This document shows, one piece after another, positions 9,580 through 21,529 of a DNA stretch of 64,000 nucleotides. Below the pieces are notes generated by a model. The model had not been told where the DNA came from. It was given only the letters and a program-made list of their open reading frames with translations, and did not search any database. Position numbers and translations under genes: made by a program. The stretch covers positions 4,809 through 68,808 of the forward strand of contig JADZDA010000295.1 of the NCBI GenBank assembly GCA_020851255.1, given 5' to 3'. How positions within the stretch are numbered: position 1 is the first letter of the stretch; each line of letters opens with the position of its first letter. The DNA comes from Burkholderiales bacterium. Lineage in GTDB: Bacteria; Pseudomonadota; Gammaproteobacteria; Burkholderiales; Casimicrobiaceae.

Positions 9580-12500
9580 TCAGAACTCGGACCAGTCGCT
9601 GTCCCTGCGGTCGGCCCGGGCCGCTTTGCCGCGCGCCGGCGCCGCGGATTCCGAGGCCGCCGCGGACGTCTCCGCGGAGGTCGCCGGCGTCGGTGCGCGC
9701 GCCTTCGAGGCACGCTCGACCGCCGCGTGCGCGATCGCCTCCGCCTGCGAGAGCCGGAACTGCGCGACCGAGCTCGCGAGACGGGTCGCCTGCTGCTCCA
9801 TCGAGGCCGCCGCCGCTGCCGCCTGCTCGACCAGCGCTGCGTTCTGCTGCGTCGTCTGATCCATCTGGGTGACCGCGTCGTTCACCTGCTCGATGCCGCT
9901 CGACTGCTCCATCGACGCCGCGCTGATCTCGGCCATGAGGTCGGTGACGCGCTTGACCGCGATGACGACGTCGTCCATCGTCTTGCCGGCCTGGTCGACC
10001 AGCCTGGATCCTTCGGCGACCTTGTCCGCCGAGTCGCCGATCAGCGTCTTGATCTCCTTCGCCGCGGCCGCCGAGCGCTGGGCGAGGCTGCGGACCTCGC
10101 TCGCCACGACCGCGAAACCGCGACCCTGTTCGCCGGCGCGCGCGGCCTCGACCGCGGCGTTCAACGCCAGGATGTTGGTCTGGAACGCGATGCCGTCGAT
10201 CACACCGATGATGTCGGCGATCTTCTTCGACGCCTCGGTGATCCCGTTCATCGTGTCGACGACGGCCGAGACGACCTGCCCGCCGCGCGTCGCGACCTCG
10301 GACGCGGAGCCCGCGAGCTGGTTCGCCTGCTTGGCGTTCTCGGCGTTCTGCTTGACCGTCGCGGTCAGCTCCTCCATCGACGAGGCGGTCTCCTCGAGCG
10401 AGGACGCCTGCTCTTCGGTCCGCTGCGACAGGTTGGTGTTGCCGGCCGCGATCTCGCGGGACGCGACGTTGATGGACTCCGTCGCCTCGCGGATCTGCCT
10501 GACGATCTCGTTGAGGCGGGTCACCGTCTTGTTCGAATCGTCCTTGAGCCGGCCGAACGTGCCCTGGTAGTCGTTCTCGATCTTCTCGGTGAGGTCGCCC
10601 AGGGCGAGCGCGCCGAGCACGCGGACCACCTCGTTCAACCCGACATCGGCGGTCGACACGAGCTGGTTGATCGACTGCGCGAGGCCGAGGAAGAAGCCGT
10701 CCTTGCCCTCCTCCTCGATGCGCCCGCCGAAGTCCCCGGCGGCCGCCGCCTTGACCACGGCCGCGACTTCGTCCTGGACCGCGACCTCGGCCGTGCGGTC
10801 GTTCCATTCGACCACGGTGCCCACGCGCTTCCCCGTGGTGTCGAGGATCGGATTGGCGGCCAGGGCGAACGTGCGGACACCGAGCTTCATCTGCATCCGG
10901 TGCGTGCCGCGCAGGTGGGCGAGCAGGTTCCTCTGGTGGGTCGGGTTCTTGTGGAATTCGTCGAAGTTGGACCCGAACACCTTGGCCGCGTCGAAGCGCG
11001 GCATGACCTTGCGGATGTCGGCCTCGGCGCTCTTGAGCATCAGCGTGACCGCGCCGTTCATGTACACGATGTTGCCGTCGTTGTCGGCGATCATGCTGTT
11101 GACCGACGAGCTGTCGAGCGCGTATTTGATCCGGAGCGCGACGGCGGCGTCCTCGGCCGCCTGCTTGAGCACACCGCGCACGCGGTCCAGCGCCTCGGTG
11201 ACCTTCGCCTGCTCGCCGGGCAGCCGGTCCATCTCGGCGGCGAAATCGGCGACCGCGTACTTCTCCACCGTCTCGATCGCCTTCGCGTTGACCGCGATCT
11301 GCCGCTCGACCAGGTCGTTGGTGCCCTGGACCATCTGCAGGTATCCGCCCGAGAAATCGCGCGTGCGGATCCTGAAGCTGACCTTGCCCTGATCGTGCTG
11401 TTCGCCCATCTCCTTCTGGGCGGCGATCAGCGCGCGCAGCGTTTCGGTCATCTTGGCGAGCGACTGGAGCAATCGCGAAGGCTCGTCGGAGCCGGTGGCC
11501 GCGGGCCGTTCCGGGAACTCGCCGCGGGCGGCCGCGTCGATCGCCTCGACGGCGGTCGCGAGCGGGTGGCTGATCGAGCGGACGACCAGCAGCGCGACCG
11601 CCGCGGCCAGCACGATCAGTGCCGCGATGATCCCGCCGAGCACGAGCATCGCGGATCGCATCGACGACGCGCGCGACTGCAGCGATTGCTCGAGGGCGTC
11701 GATCGCGGTGCGGTTGAATTTGATCTGCGCGTCGATCGCCTTCGTGTACGCGGCGAAGTACTCGGGCGCCGCGTAAGGCGGCGGGTTCTGCGGCAGCAGG
11801 TGCCGCTCAGTGAGCTTCATCGCGTCGCCGCCGAGTTTCAGCGCCTGCTCTCGCAGTTCGTTCATCGGCGCCATCACCGCCGGTGCCGCCGCCGACGCCT
11901 TGGTCAGGGCGGCCATCAGGTTGTCGTAGCGGTCGCGCGAGACCTCCATCAACGAGGCCAGCGACACCCGCGCCTCGGCCGGTACCGACTTCTGGGCCAG
12001 CAGTCCGGTTCCCAGACCCCGCAGCCGGCCCAGCGATTCGGTGAAACGCGGGCCTTCGAACGTCGTGGCGATGACGAGGTAATAGGAGAGCGGCGCGGCG
12101 TCGAGCGACAGCCCGGACGTGTCGGCGATCTCGGTGGCGAGCTTTAGCGTCTCGGCGATCATCGCCGTGTGCGTGGCGAAACTCTCCTTGGCGTCGATCG
12201 AGCCGGAGGCGACCTTGCGGCGCAGATCATCCCAGGACTTGCGTATCGCCGCGAACTGGGCCGGCAGCGGAGTGCCGGCGTACGGCACGCCGACGCGTGA
12301 ATCGAGCGCCGCGAAGGCCGCGTCGAGTTTCGCCTCGCGGTCGCGCCGGTCGCTGGCTCCCGCGGGATTGCCGCCGAGCACCATCGCGGAGAGGCCGCGA
12401 TGCTGCTGGGCGAGTACGACGACGTCGAGTGTCGCCCGGATCGGGTCCACGCCCCGGATTTCGTCACGCAACGCGGACAGGTCCCGGGTCTCCTCGACGA

Positions 12501-12597
12501 GGAACATCGCGGTCGGTGCGGCGATGGCCGCCGCCGCCACGACGCCGAGGATGGAGAACTTCTGCCAGAGTTTCAGGTTCGAGAGTAGGGATTTCAT
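9580..12597 (-). CDS. Methyl-accepting chemotaxis protein: TM-NIT-like-TM-HAMPs-PAS (Aer2-type)-HAMPs-MA with C-terminal DWSEF
   Basis: MA hairpin [30 protein letters not shown]; [32 protein letters not shown]; periplasmic QQHRG and ESLGRLRG; pentapeptide DWSEF. Confidence 0.93.
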   Translation of the reverse strand: MKSLLSNLKLWQKFSILGVVAAAAIAAPTAMFLVEETRDLSALRDEIRGVDPIRATLDVVVLAQQHRGLSAMVLGGNPAGASDRRDREAKLDAAFAALDSRVGVPYAGTPLPAQFAAIRKSWDDLRRKVASGSIDAKESFATHTAMIAETLKLATEIADTSGLSLDAAPLSYYLVIATTFEGPRFTESLGRLRGLGTGLLAQKSVPAEARVSLASLMEVSRDRYDNLMAALTKASAAAPAVMAPMNELREQALKLGGDAMKLTERHLLPQNPPPYAAPEYFAAYTKAIDAQIKFNRTAIDALEQSLQSRASSMRSAMLVLGGIIAALIVLAAAVALLVVRSISHPLATAVEAIDAAARGEFPERPAATGSDEPSRLLQSLAKMTETLRALIAAQKEMGEQHDQGKVSFRIRTRDFSGGYLQMVQGTNDLVERQIAVNAKAIETVEKYAVADFAAEMDRLPGEQAKVTEALDRVRGVLKQAAEDAAVALRIKYALDSSSVNSMIADNDGNIVYMNGAVTLMLKSAEADIRKVMPRFDAAKVFGSNFDEFHKNPTHQRNLLAHLRGTHRMQMKLGVRTFALAANPILDTTGKRVGTVVEWNDRTAEVAVQDEVAAVVKAAAAGDFGGRIEEEGKDGFFLGLAQSINQLVSTADVGLNEVVRVLGALALGDLTEKIENDYQGTFGRLKDDSNKTVTRLNEIVRQIREATESINVASREIAAGNTNLSQRTEEQASSLEETASSMEELTATVKQNAENAKQANQLAGSASEVATRGGQVVSAVVDTMNGITEASKKIADIIGVIDGIAFQTNILALNAAVEAARAGEQGRGFAVVASEVRSLAQRSAAAAKEIKTLIGDSADKVAEGSRLVDQAGKTMDDVVIAVKRVTDLMAEISAASMEQSSGIEQVNDAVTQMDQTTQQNAALVEQAAAAAASMEQQATRLASSVAQFRLSQAEAIAHAAVERASKARAPTPATSAETSAAASESAAPARGKAARADRRDSDWSEF

Positions 12598-12625
12598 CGG
12601 TGTGCTCCCGCGGCGTGGTCCCGGT

Positions 12626-13135
12626 TCAATGCACGGCTTCGTCGACCAGGCCCATGTCGGACGAGGTCATCAGGTGCTCGATGTCGACGAGGATCAGCAT
12701 CCGGTCGTCGACGGTGCCCAGCCCCCGGATGTACCGGGTGTTCATGGCGCCGGCGAATTCCGGCGCCGGTCGGATCTGCGCTTCGGCGAGCGTGAGGACG
12801 TCGGAAACGCTGTCGACGACCACGCCGACCGTGCGGGTCGCGAGCGTCAGGATGATCACCACCGTGAACTGGTCGTACCGGGGTTCGCCCAGCGCGAACT
12901 TGATCCGCAGATCGATGATCGGGACGATGGTGCCCCGCAGGTTGATCACGCCCTTGATGAACGCCGGGGCGTTGGCGATCGAGGTCACCGCCTCGTAGCC
13001 TCGGATCTCCTGCACCTTGAGGATGTCGAGCCCGTACTCCTCGGCGCCAAGCCGGAAGGTCAGGAACTCGCGGGAGGCGGCCGCGACAGCCGGTTTCTGG
13101 GCCGCGGACGCGGCGGAGGACGTGTGCAGTTCCAT
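12626..13135 (-). CDS. cheW: Chemotaxis coupling protein CheW
   Basis: [37 protein letters not shown] and VVDSVSDV; ATG 13135 with GAGG upstream. Confidence 0.96.
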   Translation of the reverse strand: MELHTSSAASAAQKPAVAAASREFLTFRLGAEEYGLDILKVQEIRGYEAVTSIANAPAFIKGVINLRGTIVPIIDLRIKFALGEPRYDQFTVVIILTLATRTVGVVVDSVSDVLTLAEAQIRPAPEFAGAMNTRYIRGLGTVDDRMLILVDIEHLMTSSDMGLVDEAVH

Positions 13136-13257
13136 GTCAACCTCGACGGTTCTTCGAAATCGGTTCGGAATGCCGGGTTCGATGCAGCGCCGGGCGGGTC
13201 GTGGGCCTGGCGGCCATCGTGCGCTCCGTTTCGCGGTGGCGATGCATCGAACAGGCG

Positions 13258-15426
13258 TCAGAAATCGGACCATTCCGCGTCGCTGGCGGGCCTCGCGGTC
13301 GCCCTGGGCCGTTCGGCCGACGGCGGCGAGGACTTCCCCGTCGCCCGGGCCGGGCGCAACGGTCCCGGACCCGGCACCACCCGGACTCCGTGCGGCGGCG
13401 GCGGCGCGGTGGCCGCGCCCCTGGCCCCGGACTTCACCCCCGGGATCAACGCCGGCGTCCGCGCGGCCTTCTCGACCACCGCGCGAGCCATCGCCTGCGC
13501 CCCGGCGATCCGGAACACCGCGACCGAGCTCGCCAGGCTGCGCGCCTGATCCTCCATCGAGCCGGCGGCAGCCGCGGCCTCCTCGACCAGGGCCGCGTTC
13601 TGCTGGGTCACCTGGTCCATCTGCGCGACCGCGAGGTTGATCTGGTCGATCCCCGCGGATTGCTCGACGGCGGCCGCCGTGATCTCGGCCATCAGGTCGG
13701 TCATCCGCTGCACCGACGCGACCACTTCGCCCATCGTCTTGCCGGCTTCGCCGACCAAGGCCGCCCCCGAGGCCACGCGATCCACCGAGCGTCCGATGAG
13801 CCCGCGGATCTCCTTCGCGGCTTCGGACGAGCGCTGCGCGAGGGTCCGCACCTCGCTCGCCACCACCGCGAAGCCTCGGCCCTGCTCGCCGGCCCGCGCG
13901 GCCTCGACGGCGGCGTTGAGCGCGAGGAGATTGGTCTGGAACGCGATGCCGTCGATCACACCGATGATGTCGGCGATCTTCGACGACGCCTGGTGAATCT
14001 CGCCCATCGTCGTCACCACGCGTCCGACGACCTCCCCGCCGTGCGCCGCGACCTCGGAGGTGGAGGTCGCGAGCTGGTTCGCCTGCTTCGCGTTCTCGGC
14101 GTTCTGCCTGACCGTGGCGGTCAGTTGTTCGATCGACGACGCGGTCTGCTGGAGCGACGCGGCCTGCTCCTCGGTCCGCTGGGACAGGTCGCTGTTGCCG
14201 GAGGCGATCTGGCGCGATGCGGTCGACACCGCGCCGGTCGCGTCCCGGATCGATCCGATGACCTCGCGCAGCCTGTCCTGCGTCTGCGCCATGGCCCGCG
14301 TCAGGTCGGCGATCTCGTCGCCGCCCTTCACCGCCATCGCCCGGTCCAGCTCGCCCCGGGCGATCGACTCGGCGACCGCGACGGTCTCCCTGAGGCGCGA
14401 GACGATGCCCCGGCCGATCACGAACGCGAGCGCGCCCGCGGCGAGCGCGAGCGCGGCGATCAACCCCAGCGCCAGGTTGCGCGTCCGTTCGTGCCGGGCC
14501 ACCCGCGCCTCGAGCTCGTGGACGAGGAACGCGTGCACGGCGCCGGTGAGGGTGAACTGGGCGTCGATCGCCTCGGTCATCGACCGCTGGAAATCGGCGG
14601 CCGGATACGCCGGTTTCGCCGCGTCGACGACCTCGCGGCGCGCCAGGGCTATCGCCTCGGCGGTCTTCCGTTGCGCCGCGCGCTCCTCGGCTTCGGTGCT
14701 CGCCCGCAGCGCCGGGCTCGTGGCGTACGGACGCGCGAGGTTCTCCGAGGCGCGCGCGCTCTTCTCGCCCAGACGGGCGTAGAGCGTCGCGAGCGCGACG
14801 CGGTCGTCCGCGCTCGCGGCGCCCGATGCGAGCAGGGCTGTTCCGCGCGCCCGGACCTGTCCCAGGGTCTCGGTGAGTTCCGGCAGCGCGATCGAGGTCG
14901 CGTAGACCAGGTTGTAGCCGACGAGCTCCGGGTCGAGGATCAGCGAGTACTCGGTGGCGATGTCGCGCAGGAGCTTCAGGACCTCGTCGTTCAGGGCCGA
15001 ATGGCGCCGGAAGGCCTCGTCTGCGCGAATCGTGCCGGCGCCGATGGCCGCATGCAGTGCCTCCCACTCCCGGCGGATCGACGCCCACGCCGAGGTCAGC
15101 GATTCGCCCGCGACGCTGCGTTCGAGCGCGCCGTCGAGCGCCGCGGCGGCGGCGCTCACCTGGCCGGCGAGCGCGTCGCGTTGCACCGGGTCGCCGCCGC
15201 CCGAGAGCGTTCGCACCGACGCCGCCCGGTGCAACTGGAGTCGCTGCAACAGGTCGAGTGCGCGGCGGGTCGGACCCAGTCCCGATTCCTCCAGGCGCGC
15301 GGCCGCGACCGCCTCCGAGCTCTGCTGGACGAACAGCATCGTCGGCGGCACGGCGGCGAGCACGGCCAGGACGACGACGATGGCGAGCTTGTGGCCGACC
15401 TTGAGTTCTTGCAGTGACTTCGACAT
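13258..15426 (-). CDS. Methyl-accepting chemotaxis protein with NIT-like periplasmic sensor, C-terminal EWSDF
   Basis: Two TMs; LQLHRA, LILDPE and [10 protein letters not shown]; HAMP (GGDEIADL); MA hairpin; pentapeptide. Confidence 0.93.
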   Translation of the reverse strand: MSKSLQELKVGHKLAIVVVLAVLAAVPPTMLFVQQSSEAVAAARLEESGLGPTRRALDLLQRLQLHRAASVRTLSGGGDPVQRDALAGQVSAAAAALDGALERSVAGESLTSAWASIRREWEALHAAIGAGTIRADEAFRRHSALNDEVLKLLRDIATEYSLILDPELVGYNLVYATSIALPELTETLGQVRARGTALLASGAASADDRVALATLYARLGEKSARASENLARPYATSPALRASTEAEERAAQRKTAEAIALARREVVDAAKPAYPAADFQRSMTEAIDAQFTLTGAVHAFLVHELEARVARHERTRNLALGLIAALALAAGALAFVIGRGIVSRLRETVAVAESIARGELDRAMAVKGGDEIADLTRAMAQTQDRLREVIGSIRDATGAVSTASRQIASGNSDLSQRTEEQAASLQQTASSIEQLTATVRQNAENAKQANQLATSTSEVAAHGGEVVGRVVTTMGEIHQASSKIADIIGVIDGIAFQTNLLALNAAVEAARAGEQGRGFAVVASEVRTLAQRSSEAAKEIRGLIGRSVDRVASGAALVGEAGKTMGEVVASVQRMTDLMAEITAAAVEQSAGIDQINLAVAQMDQVTQQNAALVEEAAAAAGSMEDQARSLASSVAVFRIAGAQAMARAVVEKAARTPALIPGVKSGARGAATAPPPPHGVRVVPGPGPLRPARATGKSSPPSAERPRATARPASDAEWSDF

Positions 15427-15549
15427 GACTCCCCGCCGTTGCGGATGCAGAGGGTGCTGCGGATGCGGTGGTGGCTGCGAACTTCGTAGCGGATGCGTTG
15501 CGATGCGGAAGATGGCGCCGGCGCCGGGGGTACCCCGTCGCCGGCCCGG

Positions 15550-17673
15550 TCAGAATTCGGACCAGTCGTTGTCGGTGCCCGCGGCGGACTCGACCTTTCG
15601 CGAGGCCTTGCCGGCAGGCTTCGCGCTCAGCAACGGCTTGGTCGGCGCCCGGAGCCGCGGAGCCGGCGTCCTCTCCGCGACCGCTGCCTTCGCCGGCTGC
15701 GCCGCCTTCGCCGCCCGGCGGATCACCGCCTGGGCGAGCGAACCTGCGCCGGCGACCTTGAACACCGCCACGGTCGAAACCAGGTTCTTCGCCTGATCCT
15801 GCATCGATTCCGCGGCCGCGGCGGCCTCCTCGACCAGCGCCGCGTTCTGCTGGGTCACCTGGTCCATCTGCGTGATCGCGGTGTTCACCTGGTCGATGCC
15901 CGCCGACTGCTCGATCGACGCGGCGGTGATCTCGGCCATCAGGTCGGTCACACGCTTGACCGAGGCCACGACCTCGTCCATCGTCCGGCCCGCCTGCGCG
16001 ACCAGCTCGCCGCCGGCCCGCACCTTGTCCACCGAGTCGCCGATCAGTCCCTTGATCTCCTTCGCCGCCTCGGCCGAGCGCTGGGCGAGGCTGCGAACCT
16101 CGGTCGCCACGACCGCGAAGCCGCGGCCCTGCTCGCCGGCGCGCGCCGCCTCGACCGCGGCGTTGAGCGCGAGGATGTTGGTCTGGAACGCGATGCCGTC
16201 GATCACGCCGATGATGTCGGCGATCTTCGACGACGCCGCGCTGATCGCGTTCATCGTCAGGACGACCTCGCCGACGACGCTGCCACCGCGCTCGGCGACG
16301 TCGGAGGCCGACGACGCGAGCTGGTTCGCCTGCTTCGCGTTCTCGGCGTTCTGCCTGACCGTCGCGGTCAACTGCTCCATCGACGACGCCGTCTGCTCCA
16401 GCGACGACGCCTGTTCCTCGGTCCGCTGTGAAAGGTCCGCGTTGCCCGATGCGATCTGCTGCGACGCGATCGAGACCGCTTCGCTCGACTCGCGGATCGT
16501 GCCTATCACCTCGCGCAACCGCTGCTGCGACTTCGCGATCGCCGCGGTCAGGTCGGCGATCTCGTCGCGACCGCGCACCGCGATCGTGCAGTCGAGCTCG
16601 CCGCGCGCGATGCTCTCGGCAACCGCGACCGACTCACGGAGCCGCCGCACGATGCCGCGCGAGATGACGAAGGCGAACAGGCCGGCCAGCGCCGCGAACA
16701 GCGCGACGCTCCCCAGGGCGATCAGACGTCCACGCTCGAGCTCGGCGATCCGATCGCCGAGCGTCGAGGCGAGCTCGCGGTGGATTTCGCCGACCAGCGT
16801 GAACTGCGCGTCGATCGCGCGGGTCATCCGGGCCACGTAGTCGGCCGCCGGATACGTGATCCGCGGAGACTCGATGATTTCCTTGCGCACCAGCGCCTCC
16901 GCCTGCGCCACCGCGTCCGCGGCGAGCCTGGCGTGCGCATCGAGCCGCGATTTGACCGGCGGACTGGCGTCGAAGATCCGCTCGACGGTTTCGACGACGG
17001 TCGCCGACTTCTCCTCGACGCGATCGAACATCGAGACGACGTGTGCGCGCTCGTCGACCGTGACCGCCGCGGCGGCGAGGATCGCGTTGCCACGTCCCCG
17101 CATCCGCCCCAGCGCCTCGGCCAGCTCGGGCAGCTCGACCGCGGAGATCACGACCAGGTTGTAGCCCAGGCGGTCCGGGTCGAGCATCAGTCCGAAGTGG
17201 TCGGCGACCTCGTAGACGACGCCCTGCGTCGCCTGGGCGAGCTTGGTGTGCCTCGCGAAGCTCTCGGCCGGCGTGAGCGCCCGGGCGGCGACCGCCGGAT
17301 GCAGCGCGTCCCAGTCGCGCCGGACGGCGACCACTTCCTTGCTGAACCCGGCGAGTTCCGCGGGATGTCCGGCGAGTTCGGTTTCGAGCGCTGCCAGCGC
17401 AGCGGTGACTTCCGCGGCCTTCGCGGCCTGTCCGCCCGCCGGCGAGCGCCCGGCGATCGACGTCATCGCCACGGCCCGGTGCTGCTGGACCTGCCGGAGC
17501 AGTTCGACGCCCAGGCTCAGCGACCTGAGTCCCTGCTGTTCCAAACGGGCGGCCTCGAGCGTTTCGCTGCTCGATCGGAGATAGAGCGCGAGCGGTGGCA
17601 GCGCCGCGAGCGCCGCGAGCGCGACGATCAGCGCGAGCTTGTGTCCGACCTTGAGACGGATGTTGTTCTTCAT
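15550..17673 (-). CDS. Methyl-accepting chemotaxis protein with NIT-like periplasmic sensor, C-terminal DWSEF
   Basis: Real start [13 protein letters not shown] (ATG 17673, ATGA overlap); VQQHRA, LMLDPD and [10 protein letters not shown]; HAMP; MA; paralogue of 13258..15426. Confidence 0.93.
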   Translation of the reverse strand: MKNNIRLKVGHKLALIVALAALAALPPLALYLRSSSETLEAARLEQQGLRSLSLGVELLRQVQQHRAVAMTSIAGRSPAGGQAAKAAEVTAALAALETELAGHPAELAGFSKEVVAVRRDWDALHPAVAARALTPAESFARHTKLAQATQGVVYEVADHFGLMLDPDRLGYNLVVISAVELPELAEALGRMRGRGNAILAAAAVTVDERAHVVSMFDRVEEKSATVVETVERIFDASPPVKSRLDAHARLAADAVAQAEALVRKEIIESPRITYPAADYVARMTRAIDAQFTLVGEIHRELASTLGDRIAELERGRLIALGSVALFAALAGLFAFVISRGIVRRLRESVAVAESIARGELDCTIAVRGRDEIADLTAAIAKSQQRLREVIGTIRESSEAVSIASQQIASGNADLSQRTEEQASSLEQTASSMEQLTATVRQNAENAKQANQLASSASDVAERGGSVVGEVVLTMNAISAASSKIADIIGVIDGIAFQTNILALNAAVEAARAGEQGRGFAVVATEVRSLAQRSAEAAKEIKGLIGDSVDKVRAGGELVAQAGRTMDEVVASVKRVTDLMAEITAASIEQSAGIDQVNTAITQMDQVTQQNAALVEEAAAAAESMQDQAKNLVSTVAVFKVAGAGSLAQAVIRRAAKAAQPAKAAVAERTPAPRLRAPTKPLLSAKPAGKASRKVESAAGTDNDWSEF

Positions 17674-19748
17674 GACTCGACCTCTTCGAGAGTTTCCCGG
17701 GACGGCGCGCGCACGGCCGTGCGCGCGGTCGCCGGGGGCGCGCCGCCGGCGGTGCGTTTCAGGTGGAAAGCGGTCAGGGCAGCCGCGAGCCGGTGGGCCT
17801 CGTCCTCCATCGCCGACGCGGCGCCGGCGGCCTCCTCGACGAGGACGGCGTTGAACTGGGTGGTGCGGTCCATGCGGCCGATCGCCTCGTGCAGGCGCTC
17901 GAGGTCTCCGGTCTGCGCGGACATGCCCGACGAGATGCCGACGATCAGCTCGGTCACGCGACCCACCGACGAGACGATGTCGCCCATCGTCCGGCCGGCC
18001 TCTCCGACCTGCTTCGAACCGGACTCGACCCGGGCTACCGACTCGCCGATGAGCGTCTTGATCTCGCGCGCCGCCGACGTCGATCGTTGCGCCAGCGCCC
18101 GGACCTCGCCGGCGACCACGGCGAAGCCGCGGCCCTGCTCGCCGGCGCGCGCGGCTTCCACGGCGGCGTTGATCGCCAGGATGTTCGTCTGGAATGCGAT
18201 CGAGTCGATGACGCCGATGATGTCGGCGATGCGACGGGACGCCGCGGTGATGCCGTCCATCGTGGCGACGACCGCGGACACCGCCGCCCCGCCCCGGCTC
18301 GCCGTCGCCGACGCGCTCTCGGCCAGCACGCTCGCCTGCTTCGCGTCTTCGCTGCTCTGCCGGACCATCGAAGCGAGCTGGGTCATCGAATCGGCGGTCT
18401 CCTTGAGCGAACCGGCGTCGGTCTCGGCGCGCCTGGCGAGCTCCGCGCTGCCGCCCGCGATCTGCCGGGACGAGCGTTCCACCTGGTCGGACGCGGACTG
18501 GATCCGGCCAACGAGGTCGCGCAGACGCTCGACCATCCGGCCCATCGATCCCAGCAGCAGTCCGATCTCGTCGCGCCCCCGCGGATGGATCTCGAGGTCC
18601 AGCCGCCCGGCCGATACCGCGTCGGCGACACGGACCGCATGGGCGAGCGGCTTCGACACCGTGAGGCGGATCGCGAAGTAAAGAAGCAACGCGATCACCG
18701 CGCACACGACGACCGCGGCGATCGCGAGTCGCGTCAGCAGCGACGCGCCGGCGGCCCGCGACTCCCGGTCGGGCAGCGACGCGACCACGAGCCACCGGCG
18801 CGCGGTGTGCATCGAGAGCACGGCGGTCTTGGTACCGGCCGCCGCGTCCCGGGCATCGGCCTCGTCGCCGACGTACGACTCGACGCCCGAGCCGCGTTCG
18901 ATGAACTCCCGGACGTACGCGCGACCGTCGGTCGCGTCGCGGGCGTCGAGCCGGACGCGACCCTCGACGGCGGGGTCCGGATGCACGATCGCCGTGCCCA
19001 GTCCGGCGCCCGGCCTGGCGTCGTACACCTGCAGGCGGCCGTGCTCCCCGACGCGGATCTCCCGCAGGCGGGACTTGAGCCGGGTCAGGGCGTCGGTCGC
19101 GTCGATCGCCACCGACGACAGGCCGACGACCCGACCGCGGGCGTCACGGATCGGATGCCAGTCGATGACCCGTTCACCGGTGCCGTCGGTCTCGCGGCCG
19201 ATGGCGTCGGACCCGCCCGACGCGGCCGCGTACGCAGCACTTTCCCGGGGGGCGACCGTGCCGAGGGAACGCTCGCCGTTCGCTCCGGTGACCGACGAGG
19301 CGATGCGCACCGCCTCGCCGTCGCGCATCACCCAGACCGCCGCGGAGACACCGGCAGCGGCGGCGAACCGGTCGACCAGCGCCGTGTCGCCGTTGAGGCG
19401 CCGGCCGTCGACGATGAGGACCGGGACCGCCTTCGCGCCACCCGGTGACACGGCTCCCGGCCCGAGCTGGCCGCTCGAGCCGACCATCGTCGCGAACAGT
19501 CCGCCGGCGCGCCGGGCGTCGGCTTCGATCTGCGCGTCGGCCCAGTCGATGCCCGAGTGGGCCTGGCCGATCGCCGCCCTCGCGGAAGTCTCATAGACCT
19601 GCTCGAGCGCGGACGAGGTCGAGCGGACGACCAGTGCGCCAAGTCCCGCGAAGGAGGCGACCATGGTGACCGCGACCAGCAGCGCGAGCTGTGCGCCGAT
19701 CGACCGCGACCGCAGCAGGCTCCGGAACCAATAGCGTCGCGGCGTCAT
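17670..19748 (-). CDS. Methyl-accepting chemotaxis protein with Cache_3/Cache_2-fusion-like sensor
   Basis: TM; [25 protein letters not shown]; second Cache-like region (IVHPD); TM; HAMP (GRDEIGLL); MA hairpin; no pentapeptide. Confidence 0.9.
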   Translation of the reverse strand: MTPRRYWFRSLLRSRSIGAQLALLVAVTMVASFAGLGALVVRSTSSALEQVYETSARAAIGQAHSGIDWADAQIEADARRAGGLFATMVGSSGQLGPGAVSPGGAKAVPVLIVDGRRLNGDTALVDRFAAAAGVSAAVWVMRDGEAVRIASSVTGANGERSLGTVAPRESAAYAAASGGSDAIGRETDGTGERVIDWHPIRDARGRVVGLSSVAIDATDALTRLKSRLREIRVGEHGRLQVYDARPGAGLGTAIVHPDPAVEGRVRLDARDATDGRAYVREFIERGSGVESYVGDEADARDAAAGTKTAVLSMHTARRWLVVASLPDRESRAAGASLLTRLAIAAVVVCAVIALLLYFAIRLTVSKPLAHAVRVADAVSAGRLDLEIHPRGRDEIGLLLGSMGRMVERLRDLVGRIQSASDQVERSSRQIAGGSAELARRAETDAGSLKETADSMTQLASMVRQSSEDAKQASVLAESASATASRGGAAVSAVVATMDGITAASRRIADIIGVIDSIAFQTNILAINAAVEAARAGEQGRGFAVVAGEVRALAQRSTSAAREIKTLIGESVARVESGSKQVGEAGRTMGDIVSSVGRVTELIVGISSGMSAQTGDLERLHEAIGRMDRTTQFNAVLVEEAAGAASAMEDEAHRLAAALTAFHLKRTAGGAPPATARTAVRAPSRETLEEVES

Positions 19749-19776
19749 CGATGCGTCCTGTCGGATCCCGCCGGTG

Positions 19777-21438
19777 CTAGTCGGCGAGCGCCGGCTCCTC
19801 GACATCCGACGCGGCGGGCGCGACGCTGCGGTGGTCGCGGCCGGCCGCCGGCTTGCCCGCGGTCGCCGGGGGCGGCGTGGCATCGCCCAGCTTGAAGACC
19901 TCGACGGCCTCCGTCAGCCGCTGCGCTTCGCCTTCCATCGAGTCGACCGCAGCGGTCACCTGCTGGACCAGCGAAGCGTTCTGCTGCGTCACCTGGTCCA
20001 TCTGCGTGACCGCCTGGTTGACCTGCTCGATGCCGCTCGACTGCTCCTGCGTGGCCGCGCTGATCTCGGCGACGAGCTCCGTGACCTGCCGAACCGCGGC
20101 GAGAACTTCGGTCATCGTCCTGCCGGCCGCGTCCACCTGGCGCGACCCGTCGGTCACCCTGTCGACCGAATTGCCGATCAGGACCTTGATCTCCTTCGCC
20201 GCCTCGGCCGAGCGCTGCGCGAGACTGCGCACCTCGGAGGCGACGACCGCGAAGCCCCGCCCCTGCTCGCCGGCGCGCGCCGCCTCCACCGCGGCGTTCA
20301 GCGCCAGGATGTTGGTCTGGAAGGCGATACCGTCGATGACGCCGATGATGTCGGCGATCTTCCTCGACGCCTCGGTGATCGCATCCATCGTCGCGACGAC
20401 CGACGACACCGCCTCGCCCCCCTTCGCGGCGACGCTCGACGCGGAGTCGGCGAGGTGGTTCGCCTGCCTGGCGTTATCGGCGTTCTGCCTGACCGTGGCG
20501 GTGAGCTGCTCCATCGACGCGGCGGTTTGTTCCAGCGAAGCGGCCTGCTCCTCGGTGCGCGCCGCGAGGTCGCGCATCTCGTCGCCGAGGCTCGCGGACA
20601 CGTGCCGCAGCGTCCCCGTGCCCCCGTGGATGTCGCGGACGACGGCATCGAGGTTCACCGCGATCTGCTGGAGCGTGCGCAGCAGCAACCCGGTCTCGTC
20701 GGCCCGGTCGACGTCGGTGCGGAAATCGACCTGGCCGGCAGCGAGCGACCGGGCGGCCTCGAGAGCGGTCGCGAGCGGTGTCGCGAGCGATCGGGCGAGC
20801 CAGTACGCACCGGCGGTGGTCACACCCGCTGCGAACGTTCCGGCGCCGATCACCACGGCCGGCGCCGCGCCGGTCAGCGCCGACGCCACGACCGCGCCGA
20901 TCGAAGCCAGGGTCACGGCACACACCCCCGCGATCCGCGACGCCGCGCTCATGTCGCCCGGATGGGCGAGCCGGCGCAGCACACCGGTGCGGCGCAGGAA
21001 GCCGCCATCCAGCGCGCGTCCGCGCAGCGTGCCTTCGCTCATACGCCGATACAACGCCTCGGCGCCTTCGACCTGGTCCCGAGTGGGCCGTGTGCGCACC
21101 GACATGTAGCCGATGACGCGGCCGTGCTCGGACACCGGCGTCGCGTTGGCGACGACCCAGTAGTGGTCACCGTTCTTGCGGCGGTTCTTGACCGGCGCCG
21201 TCCACGGTTCGCCACGCTTGAGCGTCTTCCACATGTCCGCGAACGCCGCCTCCGGCATGTCGGGATGGCGCACGAGGTTGTGCGGAGCGCCGATCAGCTC
21301 GGGCAGGTCGAAGCCGCTGGTTTCGATGAACGCCGGGTTGGCGTAGGTGATGCGTCCCTTGAGGTCGGTCTTGGAGACCAGCGACGCACCTTCGGGCAGC
21401 GGATATTCGACCTGGGAGACGGGGAGATTCCTGCGCAT
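19777..21438 (-). CDS. aer: Aerotaxis receptor Aer (FAD-binding PAS, TM hairpin, HAMP, MA)
   Basis: [45 protein letters not shown] is the Aer PAS signature. Confidence 0.93.
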   Translation of the reverse strand: MRRNLPVSQVEYPLPEGASLVSKTDLKGRITYANPAFIETSGFDLPELIGAPHNLVRHPDMPEAAFADMWKTLKRGEPWTAPVKNRRKNGDHYWVVANATPVSEHGRVIGYMSVRTRPTRDQVEGAEALYRRMSEGTLRGRALDGGFLRRTGVLRRLAHPGDMSAASRIAGVCAVTLASIGAVVASALTGAAPAVVIGAGTFAAGVTTAGAYWLARSLATPLATALEAARSLAAGQVDFRTDVDRADETGLLLRTLQQIAVNLDAVVRDIHGGTGTLRHVSASLGDEMRDLAARTEEQAASLEQTAASMEQLTATVRQNADNARQANHLADSASSVAAKGGEAVSSVVATMDAITEASRKIADIIGVIDGIAFQTNILALNAAVEAARAGEQGRGFAVVASEVRSLAQRSAEAAKEIKVLIGNSVDRVTDGSRQVDAAGRTMTEVLAAVRQVTELVAEISAATQEQSSGIEQVNQAVTQMDQVTQQNASLVQQVTAAVDSMEGEAQRLTEAVEVFKLGDATPPPATAGKPAAGRDHRSVAPAASDVEEPALAD

Positions 21439-21529
21439 GGTCCGGTTCGTTTCGCTGGGATTCGGGGGGAGGGATCGCCGCGCGCCCGACGCGCCGAATC
21501 GTGCGGCGGGCGCAGGCGCGGTCTGGCGG

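Noticed and set aside
9518-9580. 20-codon ORF overlapping the stop of the Aer2-like MCP
   Set aside because: It ends about 40 bp before cheR with no coupling; likely chance.
15550-18795. Apparent 1081-aa MCP
   Set aside because: The N-terminal part is an off-frame read of the upstream MCP; the real start is ATG 17673. The same applies to the extended ORFs for cheW, cheY, flgC, flgJ, flhC and the kinase at 1656..4118.
9800-20550. Long near-identical DNA segments repeated five times
   Set aside because: Explained by the conserved MCP signalling domains of paralogous receptors, not a mobile or tandem repeat.
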